Origin: Octopus vulgaris
Taxonomy: Eukaryota
Length of the DNA stretch: 64,000 bases
Reading direction: 5' to 3'
NCBI GenBank assembly: GCA_951406725.2
Contig: OX597822.1
Coordinates: forward strand, 64,046,001-64,110,000
In this document: piece by piece, positions 1 through 13,138 of the stretch
Position numbering within the stretch: position 1 is the stretch's first letter
Layout of the letters: every line of letters begins with the position of its first letter
Notes under the pieces: model-generated
What the model was told of the DNA's origin: nothing
The model's database searches: none
What the model saw: the letters and a program-made list of their open reading frames with translations, nothing else
Position numbers and translations under genes: made by a program

Positions 1-479
1 TTGAACAGATGATACACAAGATCTAGATGAGTGTTGAATGGTTAAATGGTTAAAGTGTTCGGTTAGCAATACCATCTACAGATCATAATTCGTGGTCTTC
101 ACTAAAGGAGAGAATATTTTTCCTTTTATCAAAATTTTTCCCAATTTTGGCACAACACCAATAGTAACTTTGAGAGGAGGGGGGAAATTGATTACAGAGC
201 TTGATTTGTGCTTATTTTACCAAGCCCCAAAGGGATAAAAAGCAAAGTTAGCCTTTGTAAGATTTGAACTTAGAACACAAAAGAACTGGAAGAAACACTA
301 CTAAACATTTTATTTGGTTTGGTAACACTTATGCCAGTTCACCAACTTTTCTATTTTATAAAATGAAAATGCTATTAGAAAGTAGTCTGATTGGTTCAAG
401 GCTAGTTCCTTACTTTAGATTTTATAGCATTAAACAAATGATTTGAGAAGTCTCCTTCCAGACAGAGAAGTCTCCTTCC

Positions 480-1046
480 ACAAGGTTCCAGATTCAGTCC
501 CGCTGTGTAGCATCTTTGGGCAAGTGTCTTCTACTATAACCTCAGGCTGACCAAAGCCTTCAGAGTGGATTTGGTAGATGGAAACTGAAAGAAGCCCATC
601 GTATGAATGTGTGTGTGTGTGTGTGTGTGTGTCTTTGTTTGACCCCCATCACCATTTGATAATGTGTGTTGGTGTGCTTACACCCCCGTAACTTAGTGGT
701 TTGGGGAAAGAAACTGATAGAATCAGAACCTCATTGTTCTGGGTTCAGTCCCACTGTGTGGCACCTTGGGCAAATGCTTTCTACTATAGCCTTGAGAGTG
801 GATTTGGTAGATGAAAACTGAAAGAAGCCCATCATATGTATATGTGTTTGTGCGTGGTGCCGGTGTCACATTAAAAAGCACCCACTCCATTTGGTAAAGT
901 GGTTGGTGTTAGGAAGGACATCTGGCTGTGAAAATCATGCCAAAAACAGACAATAGAGCATGGTGCTATTCTCTGGCTTGCCAACTCCTGTCAAACCACA
1001 CAACCCATGTCATCATGGAGGTTGGACATTAAATGATGATGATGAT

Positions 1047-1077
<31 letters not shown>

Positions 1078-1275
1078 TTATTTTTTGTCTTTGCCCCACT
1101 GCTTGACAATTGGTGTTGGTTTGTTTACATCCCTGTAAGTAATTGTTTCAGCTTACAGACCGAAAGAATAAGTAACAAACTTATAAAAAATACCAAGGTT
1201 GATTCGTTTGACTAAAACACTTCAAGACAGTATCCCAGCATGGCTGCAGTCCAATGATTGCATCAAGTAAAAGAC
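480..1275 (+). mobile_element. Cluster of partial family-A tRNA-derived SINE copies, including a (GAT)n-ended tail module (~855-1045)
   Basis: Family motif TTGGGCAAGTGTCTTCTACTATA...GGATTTGGTAGATGGAAACTGAAAGAAGCCC present twice; 3' half at 1085-1275. Confidence 0.8.
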
Positions 1276-1729
1276 CGGTGTAACTTCCATCCAAGTGTTT
1301 CCTTTTGGTCTGGAGACCCTGGTGGCACCCATCTCACACAATCAGAATAAGGGCACAGGTGACCCTCCCAATGAGCTCATTCACCTTTAGTAGATATTTA
1401 TTTATTTTTTTTCCTCAACCTTGCTGGGTCCATTCAACCATAAACAGTTAGCAACGGATTACATGATCACTAGTGGTGGGTTTCCAACAATCTGTTATGG
1501 AATTGGTCTTGAACTGATAAATGGAAAAACAGGAATACACAATAGGCCCATTGTGTGATGGTGATGAAGAGGATATAAAAATAATAATAGTGATAAATAC
1601 CACCCTTTTAATTCTCTCCATCATTCATAACACTAATGGTGTTAGATATATGGAAGTATTAATTAATAAATAATGAAATAATGAAACAAACATAAAAACA
1701 TGATTTCTTATGTGATCTGGTCACGACCA

Positions 1730-2290
1730 CCATGGCCACCACCACTTCCTACCCACCATCAGCAATGTTATGATTGTGATGATGATAATCGTTGTTGCCA
1801 CCACTACCACCAGCATTGCTGTCCACTGTCAACAATGCTATGATGATGAAGATGATGACAATGATAATGACCACCACCGCCACAACTATTGACCATCAAC
1901 ACTGCCATCACCACGACGATGGCAACAATAATGACCACTACCACCATAAATGGTGCCATCACCACAATGGTGCCATCACCACAATGGTGATGCTGACAAT
2001 AAAGACATACATTACCACCAACACCACCACCACCACCACAACTGTCCACCATCAACGCTGCTATAGCCAAGATGATGACAATGACAACGAAATTAATGAT
2101 GATTACCACCACCACTACTACTGCCATAATGATGATGGTCATTTTCCCCACCATCACCTCCACTACTGTCTATCAACGCTGCTATGACCCTAACTATGAT
2201 GACAATGTCCCTCACTGCTGCTGCAGCCCACCATTAATGCTGTGATGACGATGATGACCAACACTACCATTATCACCATGTTTGCTGTTA
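1730..2290. repeat. Degenerate trinucleotide (CAC/CAT/GAT) low-complexity tract
   Basis: Runs of ACC/CAT/GAT; explains His/Thr/Val-rich ORFs on both strands. Confidence 0.85.
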
Positions 2291-2328
2291 TGACAGGTAA
2301 CACGTCCAATAAGATTGGAGATGACCCC

Positions 2329-3411
2329 TTAAAACAAATAGCATTTAAAATGGCTACATCCAGCCCAAATATTCTCCCTTTCTTATGTTGGCCAGATCCT
2401 GCTTTCTCACACATACCCTACAATGTCATTCTAAAAATAAACAATCACATCTTCACCCCTTTTTTCATGTTGGCCAGATCCTGTCTCTTACACCTACCCT
2501 ACAATGTCATTCTAAAAATAAACAATCATATCCTTTTTTTATGTTGGCCAGATCCTGCTTCTCACACATACCCTACAATGTCATTCTAAAAAATAAACAA
2601 TTACATCTTCACCCCTTTTTTTATGTTGGCCAGATCTTGCTTCTCACACATACCCTACAATGTCATTCTAAAAAATAAACAATTACATCTTCACCCCTTT
2701 TTTTATGTTGGCCAGATCCTGCTTCTCACACATACCCTACAATGTCATTCTAAAAAATAAACAATCACATCTTCACCCCTTTTTTATGTTGGACAGATCC
2801 TGCTTCTCACACCTACCCTACAATGTCATTCTAAAAATAAACAATCATATCCTTTTGTTTATGTTGGCCAGATCCTGCTTTCTCACACATACCCTACAAT
2901 GTCATTTTAAAAATAAACAATCATATCCGTTTTTTTTAATGTTGGCCAGATCCTGCCTCTCACACCTACCCTACAATGTCATTCTAAAAATGAACCATCA
3001 CATCTTCACCCCTTTTTTATGTTGGCCAGATCCTGCTTCTCACACCTACCCTACAATGTCATTCTAAAAATGAACCATCACATCTTCAAAACCTCGATGC
3101 TACAAGATAATGCATGATTAATTTTTTTTTTTTTTAAATGTGGATAAATATGCATTTTGTTTGATAAATTAATCTGAGTGCTAACAAGTTAAAACAAACA
3201 GCATTTCAAATGGCTATATCTGGTTAAAAATATTCCACCTGGTTTTATTTTCAAAACTGGCCAGATCTGGCCAGTCACACCTACAAGGTGATTCAAAAAA
3301 ATAAACAAGCACATTATCGAAATTTCAAGATAATGAAGCATGATTAATTCAAAACAATGTGAATAAATAAGCATTACATTTGACAAAATAATCCGAGGGC
3401 TTAAAGGCTAA
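2329..3411. mobile_element. Two tandem copies of a TTAA-bounded non-autonomous DNA element (2329-3192, 3189-3411)
   Basis: Both begin TTAAAACAAAYAGCATTT..AATGGCTA and share AAGATAAT..GCATGATTAAT; junction TTAA at 3189-3192; termini degenerate, superfamily uncertain. Confidence 0.5.
2385..3088. repeat. Minisatellite, 9 copies of a 74-82 bp unit
   Basis: ATGTTGGCCAGATC.. starts at 2385, 2467, 2541, 2623, 2705, 2786, 2861, 2939, 3019. Confidence 0.95.
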
Positions 3412-3494
3412 ACAAATGGCATTGAATGTACAAACAAGAAACAGATGTACATGATATAAATAACTAAATATATACAATATGCATGTATATTTTT

Positions 3495-4262
3495 TTTATT
3501 CTTTTGCTTGTTTCAGTCATTTGACTACAGCCATGCTGGAGCACTGCCTTCATCATCATCATTGTTCGACCGTGGTCGAGACAATGGAATTTACCATGCT
3601 ACGCCAGACTTCACGGTCCATCATGGCATTACAGAAGTCCTGTTGCTGGATGCCTGTATCCCTGGAGATTACATCAGGGTAGGAGAGTGTGCGCCCTCTG
3701 GTATTGCGAGTAGATGGCTTCCAGAGGAGAAGAGTAGAAATTACTTCTTTTTCAGCTCTACAACAATGTCCAGCAAACTGGACTCTCCTACCTTTCACAA
3801 GAGATGACACAGGTGGTAGTTTCCCATATATTTGCATTTTGGTTGGATGGCGCTTCCACGAGAGATTTTGAGCTCTCATAAGGAGGCGAGTGTAGGTCCC
3901 ATCCAACCGCCTCTCAAGTTTCTTTGATAACGTGTCGAAGAAATTGACCCCGGGACTTATTCTTTGTAAGCTTAGTACTTATTCTATGGGTCTCTTTTGC
4001 CGAGCTGCTAAGTAATGGGGATGTAAACACACCAACATCGGTTGTCAAGCGATGGTGGGGAGACAAACAGACACAAAGACACACGCATAAATATATACAT
4101 ACATACATACAACAGGCTTCTTTCAGTTTCCATCTACCAAATCCAGTCACAAAGCTTTGGCCAGCCAAGGCTATAGTAGAAATACTTGCCCAGGGTGCCA
4201 TGCAGTGGAACTGAAACTGGTACCATGTGGTTGGGAAGCAAGCTTCTTACCACACAGCCAAG
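3495..4262 (-). mobile_element. Family-A SINE interrupted by an RTE LINE fragment
   Basis: 3' end TGTTTCAGTCATTTGACT at ~3510; element resumes at 3934 and runs to the tRNA-like head at ~4260. Confidence 0.85.
3551..3933 (-). mobile_element. 5'-truncated RTE-clade LINE: C-terminal end of the ORF plus (TGA)n tail
   Basis: TLSKKLERRLDGTYTRLLMR..SWKRHPT..IYGKLPPVS..RRVQFAGHCCR..LLLWKP..DREVWRS, typical of RTE C-termini; stop runs straight into TGATGATGA. Confidence 0.85.
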
Positions 4263-4449
4263 TCTGCATCTTACACACACATATATTATTAGCTAAGATT
4301 CTTCCATCATCGTCACTAGAAATTTCATGATTTTCGTCATACCCACCCTCATATATACTGAAGGATGTGGGTCGTTGGGTCTTTTAATTATAAGGGTAAT
4401 CTTAATTAACTGAAGCTTTTCAATTCAATATATATTATGTATATATTTT

Positions 4450-4645
4450 TATCTTTCACATGTTTTAGTTATTGGGTTGTGGGCATGCTGGGGCACCCCC
4501 TTGAAGGGTTTAGTCAAATTTGATCCCAAGACTTATCCTTTAAGCCTGGTACTTATTTTATCAGTCTCTTTTACTGAACTGCTAAGTTATGGGAACAAAC
4601 AAAACATCACTGGTTGTCAAGCCATGGTGGGAGACCAACACAAAG

Positions 4646-4702
<57 letters not shown>

Positions 4703-5125
4703 CTTTCATCCTCATTTAGCGTCCGCTTTCCATGCTAGCATGGGTTGGACGGTTCAACTGGGGTCTGTGAAGCTGGAAGGCTTCGTCAGGCCCAGTCAGA
4801 TCTGGCAGTGTTTCTACGGCTGGATGCCCTTCCTAACGCCAACCACTCCGACGCCACAGTAGAAGACACTTGCCCAAGGTGCCATGCAGTGGGACTGAAT
4901 CCAGAACCATGTGGTTGGTAAGCAAGCTACTTACCACACAGCCACTCCTACGCCTTTACGGGTGATATATGACAAGCTTCTTTCAGTTTCTGCCAGCCAA
5001 ATCCACTCACAAGGATTTGGTTGGCCCGGAGCTATAGTAGGACACGCATGGCATGCAATGGGGTTGATCCTGGATCTAAGTTTTTGCAAAGTAAACATCA
5101 TACTACAGAGCTACATCTGTGCCTA
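4450..5125 (-). mobile_element. Family-A SINE copies with a nested tail module (~4700-4850)
   Basis: Family-A motifs; GGATGCCCTTCCTAACGCC module inside. Confidence 0.8.
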
Positions 5126-6485
5126 CATATATAAGATTAACTAACGCACACATGTATGCAATGGCATGGGTGTAAATGCAATGTTCAGATAATAGAGATA
5201 TAGATAGCTAGAAGAGTGAGGGGTGGGGCTATTCTAGAAAATTGTTAAATCAATAGAAATAAACCATTGAAGTATTACATGTATCGGTGGTATTACGTAA
5301 GACAGGTGCAATGTAATGAGAACAGACTTACAGACTTGGTCACAACACAAACACAAGATCAAGTGTTGCTTAGTTACAATGGAATATAGTAAAGAACTTT
5401 TGTAAGTTAAAATAGGATTATCTGTCGGATAAATTAGACATTTCAAAGTCATAAATTACAAGATATAAATGATGCAACACCAGCGGCTATGACAACGGCA
5501 GCTAGTAATAATTCTAAATTAGGAAAAGGCAACCATGACACCTGCACAGATACATACATATTGTATTGTCCTATATAGAAATATGTGTCTGTATACCTGT
5601 GTGTGTGTGTGTGTGTGTGTGTGTAAAGAAATGTATACATTCATAGACTAACACAGATATACAGACAAAGGTAAGTGGATACATACAGGCATGTATACAC
5701 ATATATACATAGACACAGATAAATGTCTTGAAACCATGTAATAAGAACTACAACAGGCTTTAGAAATACATACAGGCATGGCTGCATGGTTTAAGAAACT
5801 TGCTTTGCAACCATGTGGTTTTTAGGTTCAGTTCCACTGCATGGTACCTTGGGCAATTCAAGATGTGTTTTTTTCCAATGTTGGCCATTGAGTATCTCCC
5901 CATGGTTGCTTAGCCTGCTTGTGTAATTAGCAATCAAGTCTTAATATTTTATATATGGAAAACATTAAATATTAGATAAAAAGTCATGATGGTCATGTCT
6001 GACATGCCCCTGATCATAAATCTGCTTGACCCAGGGTTAAACAAAACTACCACTGCCACCACAACTGCCCAAAATATAGTGGAACAATGCTTTAAAAAAA
6101 TGTTCAATCGTTTCTGTGGCACTTGCTGCAGATATGAAATTATTAATTAATTAAACAATACATGTACAGCAATTAGATAATTGACAGATGTCTCCAAGCA
6201 GAAACACTTATTCTGTGATTCTCTTCAGTAATTACAGGCTTAATTACTCCTGTAACGGTTTGGAAACCTAATGAAGATAAGCCTCAGTTGGCAGGACTGA
6301 CAGACAAACAGCTGCTGCCTCATGGCTCTTTAATTAATATGTTGGACAAATTAATATTTGATGAAATATCACAAGTCATCATTGTCATTATCGCTGCTGT
6401 TGTGTAACCCAAGCCTGCTCTGATCAAGCTGACCTCCCATGGCCAAAAGAATTCCAGCTGTGACCATTCTGTGTTTGTGGGGACA

Positions 6486-6825
6486 AGGCGTGGTTGTGTG
6501 GTAAGAAGCTTGCTTCCAAACCACATGGTTCTGGGTTCAGTCCCACTGTGTGGCACCTAGGACAAGTGTCTTCTATTATAGCCTCAGGCTGACCAAAGCC
6601 TTGTGAGTGAATTGGTAGATGGAAACTGAAAGAAGCCCATCATATGTGTGTTTGTCTCCTTGCTGTCACTTGACAACCAATATGCATATGTCCCTGTAAC
6701 TTATCAGATTGGCAAATTAGACTGATAGAATAAGTACTAAGCTTAAATGAATAAGTCCTGGGGTTGATTTCTTCAACTAAACCCCCTTTAGGTGGTGCTT
6801 CAGCATGGCTGCAGTCAAAAGAGAT
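6486..6825 (+). mobile_element. Family-A SINE
   Basis: GGCGTGGTTGTGTGGTAAG head, GGTTCAGTCCC B-box-like motif, tail to CAGCATGGCTGCAGTC. Confidence 0.85.
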
Positions 6826-7320
6826 TAAGGTAATGTCTCCTTTACTTTAAGATGGCTGAGTGAAATTTGAAGGAGATTTGGCTCATATTTCTAGCAGGTC
6901 AAGAAACTATACAAAGCAGGGGTTCACAAATGGTGCATCACAAGGGAATATTTAGATGCAACACCTTTTTTTTCTTCTTTTAAATATAATTTCAAATATC
7001 AGAAAACCCTTACAAATATTTAAGCATTCTGAAAAATGTGTTATGCATAATTTTTTGTGGCTGTGTAGTAGGAAGTTTGCTTCCCAACCACAGAGGCAGT
7101 ACCAACTAGAGGCAGTACATAAAAACTATTAAATTCACTTTAAAGCTATTTCATGATGTTTTAAAAATTTTGGTTGCATAACTGCAACCTGGTCACTCAT
7201 ACAATTCCCCACTTAGTCTCGGATCAAGTTACTTGCTTGATAAGCAGAATTCCAGAACTTTAAAACAGTTTTTCTTTTTCTTTAACCTTCCATGCAAAAA
7301 GTGCTAACAACATTTTTGTA

Positions 7321-7885
7321 GGCGCAGGTGTAGCTGTGCAGTAAGAAGTTTGGTTCTGAACCACCACATGGTTCCAGGTTCAGTCCCACTGTGTGGTACT
7401 TTGGATAAGTGTCTTCTATTATAGCTTCAGGCAGACCAAAACCTTGTGAATGGATTTGGCAGACGGAAACTGAAATAAGCCCCTCGTGCTGGTGGCATGT
7501 AAAAGCACCCACTACGTTCTTGGAGTGGTTGGCATTAGGAAGGGCATTCAGCTGTAGAAACTCTGCCAGATCAGATTGGAGTCTGGTGCAGCCATCTGGC
7601 TCGCTAGTCCTCAGTCAAATCGTCCAACCCATGCTAGCATGGAAAGCGGATGTTAAACGATGATGTTGATGATGATATGTATGTGTGTTTGTCCACCACC
7701 ACTTCTAGACAACCAGCGTTAGTGTGTTTATGTCCACATAACTTAGCAGTTTGGTAAAAGCGGCTGACAAAATATGTACCTGACTTTTAAAAATTAAATA
7801 CTGGGATTGATTCATATGACCAAAATTCAAGGCAGTGCCCCAGCATGGCCACAGTCTAATGACTGAAACAAGTAAAAAGTAAAAG
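7321..7885 (+). mobile_element. Full-length family-A SINE with internal (GAT)n-tailed module (~7487-7675)
   Basis: GGCGCAGG head to GACTGAAACAAGTAAAA end. Confidence 0.85.
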
Positions 7886-8324
7886 ACATCTAAGTGTATC
7901 ACACAATCAAAAGACCGAGCATTACTGATATAAAGACTCTCTTGTTGGCTGATATCATATCATATATATATATATTTGTAAGTATTAACTTATGATAATA
8001 TCAGCTGGAAGAACTAATGGGTCTGTACTCATTTTTTTTCTTCTTTTTGTTTGTTTTTCTGAGTAGATATAAAGAGATTAATGTCCTCAACAATATGTTG
8101 AAAAAGCAGCTCCTCTAGAAGAAATCATGGTCCAAAGAGCCATGAAGAGTGATGACGGGAGTTAAAGAAAGCCCTTCTAGATTTGTGGTAATGATAGTCT
8201 CAGCTGGTTCCACTTGACAGATAAGAGGTTAGCTCTTAAGAAAGAACTCAGCTGTAAAATATCTTTAGCTTTATGGTGTTATGATACTGTTTATAAAGTA
8301 TTTAGGCATGCACATATATTTTTA

Positions 8325-8732
8325 TCTTTTACTCATTTCAGCCATTAGACAGCGGCCATGTTGGAGCACTGCTTTAAGGAATTTTTAGTTGAATGCATCG
8401 ACTGACCCTAGTAGTCGTTGTTTTAGAGCATGGTACATATTGTATTGGTCTCTTTTGCCAAACTGCTAAGTTATGGGGACATAAACACACCAGCACCAGT
8501 TGTCAAGTAGTGGTGGTGGTGGTGGGTGGGACAGACGGATATGTGGACAGACACATACACACACACACATAAAAACACTGGATTTCATTAGTTTCTGTCT
8601 ACCAATTCTACTCATAAGATTTTGATTGACCCAAGGTTATAATAAAAGACACCTGCCCAAGGTGTCATGAAGGGGGACTGAACCCTGAACCATGTGGTTG
8701 GGAAGCAAACTTCTAACCACAGTCACATCTGC

Positions 8733-8782
<50 letters not shown>

Positions 8783-9180
8783 CTTTTCTTTTACTTGTTT
8801 CAGTCATTTGACTGCAGTCATGCTGGAGCACCGACTTTAGTCAAGCAAACCGACCTCAGGACTTATTCTTTTGTAAGCCTAGTACTTATTCTATCGGTCT
8901 CTTTTGCTGGGCTGCTAAGTTATGGGGATGTAAACACACCAGCATCGGTTGTCAAGCAATGTTGGGGAGGACAAACACAGACACACAAACATACACACAC
9001 ACACACATATACATATATATGACGAAATTCTATCAGTTTCCGTCAACCAAATCCACTCACAAGACTTTGGTTGGCCCGAGGCTATAGCAGAAGATACTTG
9101 CCCAAGGTGGCATGCAGTGGGACTGAACCTGTAACCATGTGGTTGGTAAGCAAGCTACTTACCACACAGCCACTCCTGCG

Positions 9181-9182
<2 letters not shown>
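8325..9182 (-). mobile_element. Two tandem family-A SINEs (8325-8735, 8786-9182) separated by (TA)n
   Basis: Both span head to tail; the TTGGGCAAGT segment after the tRNA part resembles the CORE-SINE domain. Confidence 0.9.
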
Positions 9183-9225
<43 letters not shown>

Positions 9226-10789
9226 AAGAATGTGGAGAGGTAACTTGTTAAAATAGTGTGCTCTGAGAAAATACAGCAATAGGATTCACCTAAATAGACT
9301 GTAACTAAACTAAACTCTTCCAAAAGTTAAACTAACATTATTCTCATTCCCCATGAGAAATGAAACAAATATGATAAAATATAACTAATTTAGTGATAAA
9401 AATAAACTTCTAAAACACAGATTTTGTTTAGGTTAGAAATGGGTTGTTAGTTACTTAGTTACAAGTGGAATTTATCTAAATTGGATGGGACAACATAGAT
9501 AAATAGCAACAAAACAAACTGACCAGTCACTCAGGATTTCTTGATAATAACTGGTCAAGTTTCATGTGGTGTATCTATTTCTGTAAATCTTCTTAACTGC
9601 CACTGACTTATTGCTACAGCACTGTTGTATACTAATAGGAGATGTAGATGGCTGGGCGATGTGGGAGTGGGGTGAACAGTAGAAGCCTACAATGATACCA
9701 ATTAAGTGAAGAGAATACAGCATTGTTTAATTAAATGACATTATATCATAGACACTGGACTTTAAGCTCAGTTTGCACATTTGTCTACTCGATAACAAAT
9801 TGCTTTCGTTGGCCCACAGCCAATGGTAGCACCTTTGTGGCTTCGTCTAGCAGCGTGTGCGTAGCTTGTCAGATGAAGGAGAATATATATTCCTGCCGGA
9901 CTATCATCAATTGAAAGAATAAATTGATCAATCAATAGGAGGACAGTCATTCAATGAAGAATTCATTTTATCTGATATCACTCTTACATGCAAACTTAAT
10001 TATCATTACAGCCGCAATCTGTTTTAAGGGAAGAAACAGCACCGTAGTAGACTGACTGTTAGACTAAACACTGCCTTGTGGTACTTAGTTATATCTCATT
10101 ACGTCTGGAGTTAAAAGTGCCTTTCATTTCATCCCTCTTGGGTCAATAAAATATATACCAATCATACAGTCATATAATATAGATCAATTAACTTACATAC
10201 CAATCATTCATATAGTCAATTTGCTACAGACACTCTACCCCAATCCCCGCTCCGTCCCACCCCTTTCCCTCCTCAATAATTGGCAGCGTTGTGCTAATGT
10301 CATGATGAAATAGTCATGGTTTCAAATCCAGGGGAAAAACAAAAGTCACAGCAGAACTTCAATAAAAAAAAATTGAATTTGCAATGCCCAATACTACACA
10401 TAAATTATTACTGCGTACAAGTTATTGTTCTCTTAATAAGCAACTTGTAATATGATTCCATTTGTTCGTTCATTTTACGTCTACTTTCCATGCTAACCAG
10501 CAGCTGTAGTAGAATCTTTTCCACTCTAGTCACAAGGCCTGAAATTTTGAGGGAGGGAGGGAGGGAGGGAGGGGGGTTTCAGTTGATTAGATCGACCCCA
10601 GTATGCAACTGGTACTTAACTTATTGACCCGGAAAGGATGAAAGGCAAAGTCGACCTTGGTGGTAGTATGTACTGGAATGGTCCGAACCATGATGATTAG
10701 AACTGAGCTAAAGAACTAGAGAGTATTTACTGCTGCTACTGCTGCAGTTGTTTAACCCTAGGCCACCGCTAATCGAGCAGACCATCATC

Positions 10790-11090
10790 ATCATCATCAT
10801 CATTTAACCTCTGTTGTCCATGTTGCCATGGGTTGGACAGTTTGACTAGAGCTAGCGAGTTGAGAAGCTGCACCAGACACCAGTCTGATTTGGCACACAC
10901 ACATGCAGCCCCCCCCCCCATCATCATCATTTAATATCCGTTGTCCATGCTGGCATGGGTTGGACAGTTTGACCAGAGTTGGCGAACTGGGGAGCTGCAC
11001 CAGACACCAGTCTGATTTGGCAGGGTTTCTACAGTTGGATGCCCTTCCTAACACCAACCACTTCACAGAGAATACTGGGTGCTTTTATGT
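10790..11090 (-). mobile_element. Two copies of the (GAT)n-tailed module
   Basis: CATGGGTTGGACAGTTTGAC...GCTGCACCAGACACCAGTCTGATTTGGCA duplicated, each next to (CAT)n. Confidence 0.75.
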
Positions 11091-11824
11091 AGTGTCATAT
11101 GGGTGCTTTTACATGGAGCTGCATAGGTCCTCTTATGTAGTACTACCATAAAATGAGCAAAAATACTATGAACCTGTTCATCATCTCTTTCTTGCTCCCT
11201 TTTTTTAAAAAAAAATTATATCTAGCACTGCATTATATTATCCACTGCATGCTTCCTTTCTATAAGTGGTATGGTGCAATTTATGGGAGATGTAGCTGCT
11301 ATTTCTAACAACTCAAGCAACTACATAGAAGCTTCCTCATCAAAGCAAGTTTCCTAGTTAAGTGCAACTGCACTGAAACTATAATGGTGGTGGTGATGAT
11401 AAAAGCAATCAAAGCGAACAGAACTCATTGTGAACCCCTTTGATATTCACCCACCTCTAAGACCGTCCCTGGTTCTCTGAAACAAAAATTCCTGTTTAAA
11501 AGTGATCTAAATTAAAAACTTTCCATCAAAATTTCATGCCATTTTATATTCCTAAACACCAGCTTAATAACGACATTGTTATCTTACTAAATTATTCATT
11601 ATTTTCAAAATTAATTGGAAACAAAAGCAGTGTATTTCCAACGGCTCCCATTTATGTATATTATTACATTGAGATACCTGAACAGCTAACTCATTCCTGC
11701 TTGCCCTCAAACACACACACACACACACACGATAAACAGAATCCATGATTCAAATTCAATATAAATTATAAAGTTGCTTAAATGAATGCCAGAGAAAAAA
11801 AAAAAATTAACGGTCAAGAGAAAA

Positions 11825-12022
11825 CACCACCACCACCACCACCACCACTGCTGCTGCCACCACTTATAATCATCACCATCATCATTACTATCACCACTAT
11901 CGTCACAAGAACTGCCATGACCACCACCACCGCCGCCACTTATAATCATCACCATCATCATTACTATCACCACTATCGTCACAAGAACTGCCATGACCAC
12001 CACCACCATCATCATCATCATC
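11825..12022. repeat. (CAC/CAT)n tract containing a 76-bp tandem duplication
   Basis: CACTTATAATCATCACC...AAGAACTGCCATGACCACC at 11861 and 11937. Confidence 0.85.
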
Positions 12023-12521
12023 AAGTTTTTGTATTTATGAATAGGTAAAACATGAGGTGAGTCATATTAATCTAATATGTAGCTTACACAGCATCCTCTT
12101 CACAAAAGAAAAAAATGAGAAAGATTTCAATGGGGGTGATTGGAGTGGGGGTTGGGGTGAGCGAACAGGGAGCACAAAATGGAAAATGGTGGATGGGAAT
12201 AAAAAAATTAATCTATATGGACTCGAGTTTTCCTCACTTCTCTCGCTCCTCCATCCGTTCAGATAAAAAGACTACTACTATCAGAAGTTTAGTTTTTAGT
12301 GAGTCGCCAGTTCAATTCATTAACACGGCTGGATCACCACTAAAGAACCATCACGAAGAAAGAAGTGCCTGAAGAAAAGAGGAAATAATTCTTTATGAGC
12401 GCAGACAATTTTAGATGGCACAGATTCCAGTTCATTGAACAAGCCTGTTTAGTCAACTGGATAAATGTATTTTCCCCCATCTTCAAAGACTAGACTAACT
12501 CTCAGCTCCATTACCATTATG

Positions 12522-12552
<31 letters not shown>

Positions 12553-12575
12553 AGTATATACACGCACGTGTGTGT

Positions 12576-12611
<36 letters not shown>

Positions 12612-13138
12612 CGGGAAGCTTTATGAAAATAAACAAAAGACGAAGGCATATATGTATATGTATGTATATACATACATGTGTGTGTGTGCGCTTTAAAAAT
12701 TGGAAATATTTGGTGTCTTCACACCCGTACGTATGTTTTGAAGTTTGAGTTCGTATCTTGTCAGAATAAGCATGGAAGCAGTAGACTTTGCATTTTCATT
12801 CGTTTATGGGAATGGAGGTGGGGTAGTGTGGGGTAGTGTGTTGATAAAATAAGCATCAATAACATTGGCTATTGATAATCAACATCTAACTTAACTCCAT
12901 CACCCCTAAAACATAAAATTACCAGGTGACGAACAAGTAGAAGCATTCAAGCAACTGACGAGATGCCTTCTTGTGGTAGTTTTTCTGGTTTCTTGCATTC
13001 CGAGTTCAAATCCAAGTAAGATCAACTTTAGTCTTTAATCTTTCTGGGGTTGATAAATAAAATATTAGCCCAGGGCATGGATTGGTAGGATCATAAGAAC
13101 AATGAATGCAAATGATTTGCGATATTTATTCCATCCGA

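Noticed and set aside
1792-2187. His/Thr-rich ORF
   Set aside because: Trinucleotide low complexity, open on both strands.
2385-3088. CRISPR-like array or repeat-protein ORFs (MLARSC...)
   Set aside because: No unique spacers or cas genes; unit lengths shift the frame; eukaryotic minisatellite.
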